Below are positions 53,181 to 64,000 of a stretch of DNA of 64,000 nt, piece after piece. A program made the translations under genes and the position numbers. The DNA lies in the NCBI GenBank assembly GCA_951406725.2, contig OX597825.1, positions 65,286,001 to 65,350,000 of the forward strand, given 5' to 3'. How positions within the stretch are numbered: the first letter of the stretch is position 1; every line of letters starts with the position of its first letter. The notes beneath the pieces were generated by a model. That model did not search any database, was not told the DNA's origin, and worked only from the letters and a program-made list of their open reading frames with translations. This DNA comes from Octopus vulgaris (Eukaryota).

Positions 53181-53797
53181 TGCGCCAAAATCTGAAACCG
53201 ATATCATACTTTGCATCGGCCCAGTTTCCACAGTATGGAGAGGACTTACTGTATTGAAGGACAGGAAACAAAATTCGTTCTCCATGATTAAATTAGACTT
53301 CTTGAAAGTGAAGAAGACTGTTGTAAGGAAACGCACGAGTCCAGAAATTCTAAAAGAAAGGAATCATAATTATTGCAGAAAGAAATGTGCACATTGAAGT
53401 TTCCAATGAAAACAGAAAAAAAATACAATAAGCCCGTTTACAGAGATATCAGAAGTATAGCAGAAGTATATTGATTATTTGGGATGTGAATAAGCATATA
53501 TTCATTTCAAATTTCAATGCAACAAAGAATTTTTTTATTAATTTATATTCTTTTTTGATTGAAAATCATCAGTTTTGCAGGTGCTATATCGCTTGATCGT
53601 ATGTATGTATACATGTATGTTTTATTGTATGTATGCATATATATATGTTTATATGTCTGTATAACGTGTATGCGCGTGTTGTTAAGTGTGATGCGTTTAT
53701 TCGTGTATTTGTGTGCGTGTGAATTATATAAATACATGTATGTTTCCTAATCTAGATAATATCTAAATAGCTACATATACCTAGCTAGAAACATGTA

Positions 53798-53843
<46 letters not shown>

Positions 53844-54109
53844 TATAACTATTACAACTATATAAGCATGTATGCATTTAAGTGATGTTTGTACATTATC
53901 CATTTGTAAACAACAATTCAGTATTGAAATTGAGCACAGACACATAACATTATAGGTGTATATATATGCGTGTACGTGTCTCTGAATGCGCCTCTCTTTC
54001 TACACTGTAAGCCTAAAAGCATGGCATGGTTTACATTATTTTAAATATACTGAACACGAGTATTCCTCCTTTATATTATTGACAATTCTGTATTCCTCAT
54101 ATATAAAAG

Positions 54110-54363
54110 TAAAGGTAAAGTTACCTTCTTGAGTCATAGCGACTCATAAGGGCCGGTTTCCCAGCTTCATGGCGTATATATTCCTCACTTGGACAGGACG
54201 GTGGTCCGTCGTAGGATTACTCATTTTTGTCAGCTGAGTGGACAGGAGCAACGTGAAATGAAGTATTTGGCTGAAAAACACAATGCGTCTCCCGGTCCAG
54301 GAATCGAAACAACAATCTGACGATCACATATACAACACTATGACCGCTAAGCCACGCGCCTCC
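54110..54363 (-). mobile_element. SINE family D: tRNA head, CORE-like body, and the 3' module shared with SINE C variants
   Basis: The minus strand has head ggaggcgcgtggcttagcggt, body acttcatttcacgttgctcctgtccactcagctg, and tail gggaaaccggcccttatgagtc...aaggtaactttaccttt. Confidence 0.7.
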
Positions 54364-55509
54364 ACTTCATATGATATAGGGCAATATCGAATTGCCGTAT
54401 ATGTTGCAGTTGGGGTCAATTCTTCTTTGTCGTCTGTAAAAGGATTCGACATACAAAGGGAATTTAATGGAAGATCAACACATTTCTATTTATAATTCAT
54501 CGTACGGTTCACGTATATGCTGAAACATTTAAGTATTAAAAATCTATAGATAGTGTTATATGTTACTTTGAAATTCATCCAACAGTATACTGCCGTTTTT
54601 TCTTAATTTCCTGTCCAGTAATGTCATTTGTAACGTAATGCTGCCACGCGGTCTTTCTTTTATCAATGTGTAACTTATTTAATGTTGCTCCTGAAAATTG
54701 TACATGTAAAAGATGACAATGGTGCTCCACTTTAATTTCTAACATTATTTTCATGTCACAAAGCTTGTGCGCATGAGGGTACCGTTGCTTTTTGTAATGT
54801 TATTGCTTAGTAAATTAGTGAATCACTCATACCTGTGCCATTGTTGTTAAAAAAATGCTGAACTAATTTTTTTTAAATGTGAGACTTTCTGCATTGAATA
54901 TTTGATTATGCTCTTTTTGTAATCCTCTTCACATTCGTTTTTGTTTTTCTTCATCACACATTTGATTCTGTTTCTTGTAGATATTTTAATATGTTCGTAA
55001 ACAAATTAGAATGAATGCTGTATAGATAAACTTCCAAAACTTCTCAAGTGTCTCTGGTGAAAATGCATTTCAAATAATTAGCGTTTTAAATCAGTCGCCC
55101 ACATGTGATTGTAATGCGTTAGTCTAGTGTACTTTATCAGACTGGTAGTCATGATGGGTATATGGGGCGTCGTAAATTCCTACCGCAGTGTCACTTTGAT
55201 GGCATGCACTTATCTCTCACTCAGTATCAGCACCCAAGTATACCAACATGGCTCAAAGAGATTGGTACAAATTTAATATAGATAGACACTTTCAATTCAG
55301 TGACACGTCACAAGAAGTATCTTCTGAGCGTATTCATAATGTAACCAATCAAGTTCCATAATAAAACGTATTTGATATGGCAAACATAGTGATCTTACTC
55401 CTAGCAAACAATAAGGTAAATCTAATAATGCAGCGAAAATTTGCATAAAATTGTTAAAAATTTGAAGATTGACTTTGAGATTTCGCTAGTCATTATCTGA
55501 TCAAGCTTG

Positions 55510-55890
55510 GTGGCTAGCTGGCAGATACTTTAGCATGCCTGGCAAAATGCTTAGGGGCATTTCGTCCGTCTTTACGTTATGAGTTCAAATTCTGCCGAGG
55601 TCAACTTTGCCTTCCATTGTTTCCTTATCGATGAAAGAAGTACCAGTTGAGCACTGGGGTCGATGAAATCGATTTAGCCCCACTTCTTGAAATTGCTAAC
55701 CTTGTCACAAAATTTGCGACCACTGTTTCGTCATACGTTTAGTCCGTGCTTGCGATCTGAATTCAAATTCCACCGAAGTCGACTTTGCTTTTCATCCTTT
55801 CGGGGTCGAAAAATTAAGTACCAGTCGAGCACTGGAATTGATGTAATAGACTAATTTCCTCCAACAAAATTTCAGACCTCGTGCTCATAG
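55510..55890 (+). mobile_element. Two SINE A copies in tandem
   Basis: The family A core occurs twice (55510-55720, 55730-55890). Confidence 0.8.
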
Positions 55891-56133
55891 CACAAAGCAT
55901 TATTTTCTCAGACTGAATGTACATTATATGTTTGTCTCTGTGTGTGGGTGTACGTAAGATATATATATATATACACATATGTATGTATACGTATATGTAT
56001 ATGTACATATATACATTATTTACATGGATGCATACATACACAGAGTAAGACAGTTAGAAAGACATACGGATGGGTAGAGATAACTAGATAGATAGACAGA
56101 CAGATAAACAGATAGATACATACATACATAGAT

Positions 56134-56209
<76 letters not shown>

Positions 56210-56924
56210 TTCCAGCTTGCCTTTCAACCATAGCTTTTGCCAGTTATCAAATGAAATTGGCTGACGTAAAGATAGATAGACAGATAAATGTGTGTGTGTG
56301 TGTGTGTGCGTGTTTGCATATACGTTTGAAGAGTAGTAAAATGCTGGTAAAAATGATCATGGAATGAAAGACCTTTCAATCAATTTTTCAAGAAATATCT
56401 AGGCGATATGTGGACATCTTTTCAACGTGGAGATATCTTTACAAACGAATGCGTCCAACAATTTTGAATGTCAGCCAAAATTTGACTGAGGACATTATAT
56501 CAAGTTTGACTAGACCTTTCAGAGAGGTAAACCTACTGGGCTATTTCAAATCGACATCGGAACTTATCGATACTAAAATTATCATTTGTCTGTCTGTGAA
56601 AGAGACAGCGTAAAACAAACAAACGAAGAAACAAACAAACAAACACCAACTACAATATCGACAATAACAAAAATGATGGTGATGATAATGATGATAAAAA
56701 TAATATTAATAATAATAATAATAACAATCATCATTTATATTATTTTTATTATCCTTAATAATAATAATGATAATAATAATAATAATGGTCGTCATCTTTA
56801 GCTCGGATTTGAAGTACAGACACACGATGTCTGACAGACTCCTATTAACTATGTCTGGGTTAAAATCATTATTTTATATTTAATTCCGTTTTTTAATGCG
56901 CCTTCGCTCTTCTCCTCCTGCGTA

Positions 56925-56927
56925 TAT

Positions 56928-56998
<71 letters not shown>

Positions 56999-57001
56999 AT
57001 A

Positions 57002-57064
<63 letters not shown>

Positions 57065-57246
57065 TTATATATGGAGAGCGTAAAATTTTATGTCCAGAAC
57101 CATTTTAGTTGCATTACTTTCATTGTATCCGCATAGATTTTTTTTTCCTTTCTTTCCCTCTGCTTCGCTTAATTCCTTTTATTTCACCTCACCACTACAC
57201 ATATACACGTAAATACATTTCTGTATATATATGTACGTATGTATAC

Positions 57247-57285
<39 letters not shown>

Positions 57286-57426
57286 TATATATATATATAT
57301 ATATTTACATACATATATATACATATATATATGTATATGCATGTATTTCATATATTTGTATAGATATACTTACTTACACAGACACACACATATATATACG
57401 CACTCACAGACACATATATGTTCATA

Positions 57427-57459
<33 letters not shown>

Positions 57460-57625
57460 TATATACATTTATACATTATATATATATATATATATTTACA
57501 TATATATACGTATATATATATGCATGTATTTCATATATTTATACGTATAGATATACTTACGTATATATATATATATATACAAGCACTGACAGACCCATAT
57601 ATGTTCATATATATATATATATAAT
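56925..57625. repeat. TA-rich low-complexity block with internal duplication
   Basis: atgcatgtatttcatatattt...tagatatacttac...catat.tgttcat occurs twice. Confidence 0.88.
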
Positions 57626-58357
57626 TTTCTTTTACATGATTTCTTTCTCTACCTCTCTCTCACTCACTCCCTTGCTTTGCTTTCTTGCTTCTTCTCATTT
57701 CCTCTGTTGTTTTCTTCCTCTTTGTCACCATTTCTCTCAACCAATCTATCCCTCTATCTTCTCTCTCTCTCCCTTACTCATTCTCTCTCTCTCTCTTTCT
57801 CTCTCTTCTTCGCTCTTTGTTCACTCGTTCAAGTTGAATTGATTTCAATTAATAGACATCATCTTTCTTTTATTCTTACACGGTTGATGAAGGATTTTAT
57901 AAAGAACTCTGTTACTTCTTACGTAGACTGACAAGATTCTCTATATAAGCGATATGATTACACACACGCAGACATTACACACAAACGCACAACACACATA
58001 CACAAATATATATAGACACACAGAAATACGCACACACATATATATTATTACATAGGCAGATATACAAAAATATATTGATATGTAGATATATAGACATATA
58101 CGAATAACGTACGTATTGATTTGGGGCTTATTTTATTAAACAAATGCAGAATAGTTGGCAGTATAATCTTACGATAGGAAGAATCGCATACAGGATAAGC
58201 TGGATTATATATCTTGACCTAAATATTTGGTGCAGTCGCCCTACTAGTACACTGTGTTCATGCATGTAGACTAACGTATGCATATATACACAAAAACACA
58301 CAGTCATACATCTATCTATCAATGTATCTCTTCTATGTATGTATATATATATATATA

Positions 58358-58521
58358 GGCGCAGGAATGGTTGTGTGGTAAGTAGCTTGTTTACCAACCA
58401 CATGGTTCCGGGTTCAGTCCGACTGCGTGGCACCTTGGGCAAGTGTCTTCTACTATAGCGTCGGGCCGACCAAAGTCTTGTGAGTGGATTTGGTAGACGG
58501 AAACTGAAAGAATCCCGTCGT
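58358..58521 (+). mobile_element. SINE B 5' half
   Basis: Runs from the head to the internal microsatellite; the 3' half is absent. Confidence 0.88.
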
Positions 58522-58568
58522 ATATATGTATGTATGTATGTATACATATATACATATATATATATATG

Positions 58569-58619
<51 letters not shown>

Positions 58620-58996
58620 TAGTACGCAATATAGTCGCATTTACAATGTTGTTGAACACGACTTATGAATTCTCTTTGAAGACAATCGGGTATGTACTGG
58701 CAAAACAACGTCTTTACAATCGCTTTCCTCTTATCTCTGTCACCAAATTGCTCGATTCAAAAACTCTTCGCAACCAGAAGGAAGAGCTGGGAGTTCGACA
58801 ACACTAATTCTGTGCCGTACGAACTAAGCGGACCACTTGGACACCTGACGCGTGGCACACTGCGTACCTGGTCAGCAGACGTCGATTTGATGGAGAGAGT
58901 GAGCTAATGTGCACTATATACAATTCATTTGTACAGATTGTTCGGCAAAAGCCGAACGTCCATCTGTCGTCTTCGACGGGAGTGTGTGTGCGTGTG

Positions 58997-59050
<54 letters not shown>

Positions 59051-59084
59051 ATTACTCACGTCATTGCGATCGTGAATCGAATGC

Positions 59085-59242
59085 CCTAACCACTAAGCCA
59101 CACTCACAAGGCTTTGGTCGGCCCGAGGCTATGTTAGAAGACGCCCAAGGCGCCACGCATTGGGATTGAGCCCGTAACCATGTGGATGGTAAGCAATCTA
59201 CTTTACCACACAGTCACTCCTGCGCCTATAGCCACACTTGTA

Positions 59243-59281
<39 letters not shown>

Positions 59282-59345
59282 TCTTTTATTACCTTATTCT
59301 TTTATTCGTTTCAATCATTTGACTGTGGCCATGCTGGAGCACCAT
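59085..59345 (-). mobile_element. Mosaic of SINE B head (59101-59226), B tail (59295-59345) and a C/D head fragment (59085-59100)
   Basis: Family motifs on the minus strand. Confidence 0.7.
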
Positions 59346-59639
59346 TTTAATCTATGTGTGTGTGCGTTGATTAGAAGGAGGATGGAGAATTTTAACATTC
59401 AAACTTCGTTCAAATTTTTCATTCTCCTTATTATTAGTTTTGTACTTCACACTCTAAGGAATAAGCTGTAACATCGGTTGGGAGCTAAAGGAATTCTACC
59501 AAAATACGCACCACCTTCAGGAACCAGCCTTGGCTTTTATCATAGAGAAACGCAGTAACTGCCTGTATGTTATATCCCTCCTCTTACAATATGTGTATAA
59601 GCGTGTGTGGGCGAGTGTGAGTGTGCGTGTGTATGCTTT

Positions 59640-60094
59640 GATGTATGTTCATATGTATGTTTGTAAGTACGTATGCATGAGAGTATGTACATATGAAGTA
59701 TGTATATGTATGTATCTGTATGTATGTATTTGTATGTATGTATGTATGTATGTATGTATGTATGTATGTATGAATGCATGTATGTATGTACGTATGTATG
59801 TATGTATGTATGTATGTATGTATGTATGTATGTATGTATGTATGTATCTATGTATGTATGTATGTATGTATGTATGCACAAAGCTGTGTACAATTAGATT
59901 TAACACGTTTGTGAAAACCCAGACATGAAAAGAGCTCCGCAATGGTAACTGTCCCAGGAGAGAAAGTCTTCTTAAAGAAAGTGTATATGAAGACTTTGTC
60001 TACGAAGAGAATTTCTCCCTCGAGGCAGTCTCTGCGGTGGAAAATCTTTCCACGTCTGAGTGTACAAGAAACTCTGATACATACATACACATCC

Positions 60095-60155
<61 letters not shown>

Positions 60156-60320
60156 CTGTACACACCATATCTAATTAATAAATCAATGCACTGAGTTCGT
60201 CTAATTAATTTAGACATAGATGTGTGTGTGTATTCGTGAGCGTGTGAATGTGCGTATGTATGTAGATATATATACATATGTATATATATATATGCATATA
60301 TATGTATGCATATATATATA

Positions 60321-60370
<50 letters not shown>

Positions 60371-60450
60371 TATATATATATATAGATATATGTACATGTA
60401 TGTATAAACGTATATATATATATACACACACATATCTGTCTATCTATCTA

Positions 60451-60492
<42 letters not shown>

Positions 60493-60494
60493 TG

Positions 60495-60537
<43 letters not shown>

Positions 60538-60600
60538 ATGCAAATATATTTGCGTATATATTTATATATATATGTATATGTATATATATGTATATACATA

Positions 60601-60640
<40 letters not shown>
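59640..60640. repeat. (TATG)n and (TA)n tracts
   Basis: Direct inspection. Confidence 0.95.
59920..60058. repeat. Imperfect fold-back (about 140 bp)
   Basis: Paired arms cagacatgaaaaga / tctttccacgtctg, ccgca / tgcgg, and actgtcccaggagagaaa / tttctccctcgaggcagt. Confidence 0.65.
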
Positions 60641-60643
<3 letters not shown>

Positions 60644-61437
60644 GATGAATGAATTATCCTAGTATGAATAATTCGGTTAATGGATGCCTGGGTAGCAAAT
60701 TCACGTCAGTAAAACACGGTTGAAGTTACATGCCAAGGGCAGAACCCCGTGTTCGTGTGTGGAAATTTGTGTGTTTTTTTATATGAATAAATGAAAAGAA
60801 TGGAGTCGAACGACGAAAGTAAAGGAATTTTGTTAAAATCTTCGTTATATAATAGTTATATAATAGTTTGGTGTATCGCAGAAAACAATGTCAAACTGTT
60901 AGTATTGTATTTCTGTAAATTAATTAACTGCCTGGCTGTTCGAGTAATTATATTTAACTAATATCACATGCTCTCTTTACTACAGTGATATCTGAACTAC
61001 GAAGACGGCATATGAGCAGCGAAGGCGCTTATATAGATGTCTAAACTATTCTTATTTATTTTTCCTTAAACTAGGTGCTAATGCTCTTTTTAAAAATGGT
61101 CGGCATTTATACAGTTGTTTATATGTCTTCTGTGTCAAGGTTCGGCTTTAGTTAAACAATAACAGCACCATGTTTGTTGCAGACTTTCGTACCGACAAAC
61201 TTCAGATATTGAACGGCGACAGCTGTAACACTAGTCTCTGTTGATTTTGATTTTTTATTTAATTATTGTTTAATCATGTTGTTATAAATTTTTTCTATCG
61301 ATCTCCGCTAACAGGTAATGACACATCAAACTATATGAAACACTAATTCCAGATTTTCAGTCAACTTGATTTTTGCCATTTTTATTTTGTCTTGTCTGTG
61401 TGTGTGTGTGTATGTGTGTGTGTGTGTGTGTGTTTGC

Positions 61438-61468
<31 letters not shown>

Positions 61469-61803
61469 CGCGATTTTGTGTTTTGTATATTTCATTCTAT
61501 TGACATCATTATATCAATAAACATTGATTATCATTTTATGTCGAAATTTAATTTAAAAACCATGTATAGACACAACCAGACAAACTAAATTTTAGAATTC
61601 TTTTGTTACCTACACACACACACACGTGCAAACACACATGCATATATATATCTATAGGGAAGGGTATATATGTATGTGTGTACACGTATATGTGCATATT
61701 GTATATGCATATATATATGTGCCTGTATATAGGTATGTGTGTGTGCGTGTGCATTTATATATATATATATGTATATATATACGTATTCATATAGATATAC
61801 ATT

Positions 61804-61906
<103 letters not shown>

Positions 61907-63049
61907 AATTTTAAATATGAATGTGTCTGTGCGTGTGTGTATCAAAGATAGGAGTGAAAAATGACATGAAATAAAAATCAATCTTTTGTGTTCTTCCAGG
62001 AGTGATAACAGCTGTGCTTATATGATGTCAGTTTCTTCTACCACCGAATTATCAAGACATAAGATCTAATGTTTCTTTTAATGCTATGTCTTCGAATCTT
62101 TTAATCGATAACAGTGAGATACAATCACATAAACCCCACCCTTAACTTATTAAGTTTTTATCTCTTAGTTCTGACTTCAAAACACCCAAGTCTAGTTTTA
62201 CTCATTCGGGATTGATTCATTTATACATGTACACTGCTACTTATAAAATCTTAATTCACTTATACGTTTGCCGTTACACTTCCAAAACCAATAAAATGCC
62301 GTCATTATGCGAACCTGTAACTCCTCTAACGTGGCTGAAATAGAAGCCAGTTCTCCATCAAATAATACCTTAACGTTTTTAAAGAGAAAATGTATTCTGG
62401 ATTACTTAAACTTACAGAGTGTTATGGATGAAACTCTTCAAATTGGTCACTAGTAGAAGGCTTCTGATCACAAGTCTACTCATTCAGAGCTGATCAGTGG
62501 TTCAAAAACAACAGTAACGGCCAGCACAATAGAATATCGAATAAAAAGGTGTTATGGCATTCTAACTTTCTAAGTCTCCTTTCCATGAACACTACAAGTG
62601 TCAAATTGGTGTCACGTAGATTTGGCCACAGAAGTTCTTCTCAAACTTTTTAACTTTACACTCTTCAACGTCACCTTGCTACAAGTCAACAATAATCTAA
62701 TACACTACAACACATTATTGTCGTAAGATTGACCGCAGTTGTAAAACTATTTGCGCATAAGTAATTCCGTCAATATGACACATTAAAACAACATTTTGAT
62801 CATTATATCACACGATAATTTACACACAGACTAAGAACTCGGGCTATTTTGAAAAATGTATCCATCACCCCACTTTGGCCATTGTACCCGTATAAAATTT
62901 TCCACCGTACACTTTGAGAAATACTAGATCCCGTTTCGCGTATAATTATGAGAACACTATCACATCATCGCAGCTGTATCCGGAAATAAAGTTCAGAAAA
63001 TACATTTGCTCTCATGGTTCTGAATACACCCAAGGATCTCCAACGCTAC

Positions 63050-63470
63050 TATTGCCATATTTCTTTTGAAATTCGCTCTTTTGTTTTAAATAATTTTGAA
63101 AATAGTGAAGAATAGTGGAGGCGCAATGGCCCAGTGGTTAGGGCAGCGGACTTGCGGTCGGAGGATCGCGGTTTCGATTCCCAGACCGGGCGTTGTGTGT
63201 GTTTATTGAGCGAAAACACCTAAAAGCTCCACGAGGCTCCGGCAGGGGATGGTGGTGATCCCTGCTGTACTCTTTCACCACTCTAAAGGCGGTGCTCCAG
63301 AATGGCCACAGTTAAATGACTGAAACAAGTACAAAAAAAAAAAACTAGTAAAATAAGCTTGTGGTTTTAAGCTGGTGTTTGGAACATAAATTAGCATGAC
63401 TTTTGGGGGGAGAATCTTGATTCAGATCGCTTTAAAACAGTATTGTATCATAAAATCAGAGGCTGGCTGC
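63050..63470 (+). mobile_element. Old dispersed repeat (second copy at about 43270-43430) interrupted by the chimeric SINE
   Basis: taattttgaaaatagtgaagaa|agtaaaata...ggtgtttggaa...ctttaaaacag..ttgtatcata matches the uninterrupted copy at 43305-43420. Confidence 0.55.
63117..63345 (+). mobile_element. Chimeric SINE (family C head plus family B tail plus poly-A)
   Basis: 63117-63282 matches the head of 46882. From 63283 onward it matches the B tail ctaaaggcggtgctccag..tgactgaaacaagta, followed by A12. It is flanked by TAGT / TAGT. Confidence 0.88.
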
Positions 63471-64000
63471 GGGCTTAGCAATCATATCCGAAACGGTTGT
63501 TAAGAAATTGAATGTCAGATTTGTAATACTATGGAAGTTACATGTCATTTTGCAGAATCTCAAGCAAATTGCAAATATTTTTGAAAATACGGCACGAAAC
63601 TTTATTAGGAAACACAGAAAATGACCATAAGTTGTGACCTTATTACATATGCTATGGTATACATATATTTGTGTCTAACTACCCAGTGTTCTTTGAATAT
63701 ATTTCTGCGTTGTTAAATAGTTCTCTTCGCATACACGAGGCCTCGCAAGAAGAATTTCATTATAGCTTTACATGTAACTCAATAAACAGAAGCGAAACCC
63801 ATGGAACTAGTGACAAAATATGAAAGGAATAGAAAATAAGGTCAGTGAGAAATTTCTTGAAGTCAGCAGTTTGTTTCCTGAAATCATGCATAACAATATT
63901 AAAGCAAGAACTCTTTTCAGTACAACGGTGCATTGTTTGAGGTCGATTCAGAAAATGCAAACAGTGTAAAATTATACACCATACACGAAAATAGGAAATA

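Noticed and set aside
16647-58708. Recurrent peptides such as SVSVYQIHSQGFGRPEAIVEDTCPRCHAVGLNPEPCGW and NWYLIYRPRKDERQSRPRR
   Set aside because: These are antisense translations of SINE B and SINE A copies, not a protein family.
61075-61160. Possible next coding exon of the Ig gene (phase 0, VLMLFLKMVGIY...)
   Set aside because: It lacks the expected V-x-W-x-R strand C motif, has only a weak donor, and reaches a stop.

Overview
AT-rich eukaryotic genomic DNA. It is almost certainly from an octopus or other coleoid cephalopod, inferred from the repeat families and the extreme (TA)n/(TAGA)n/(TATG)n microsatellite load. The window looks like intronic or intergenic sequence around one convincing coding exon (29614-29747, +). 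That exon encodes the end of a signal peptide and the first half of an Ig domain of the Dpr/DIP/zig (IgLON-like) type. The rest consists of at least four tRNA-derived SINE families that swap modules, three TA-flanked Tc1/mariner-superfamily non-autonomous elements, RTE and Penelope-like (PLE) retroelement remnants, minisatellites, fold-back hairpins and microsatellites. Nearly all listed ORFs are microsatellite or SINE translation artefacts. The most notable signal is a dispersed set of about 8 minimal type I hammerhead ribozyme motifs, several next to PLE remnants. One at 12172-12254 (+) has a fully intact core, and the copies carry several different palindromic stem III sequences. Other highlights: a chimeric SINE, a micro-inversion with a 25-bp inverted breakpoint duplication, a weak HDV-like ribozyme candidate, and candidate microexon or recursive splice sites. 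Family names and folds were assigned by eye, without database searches.
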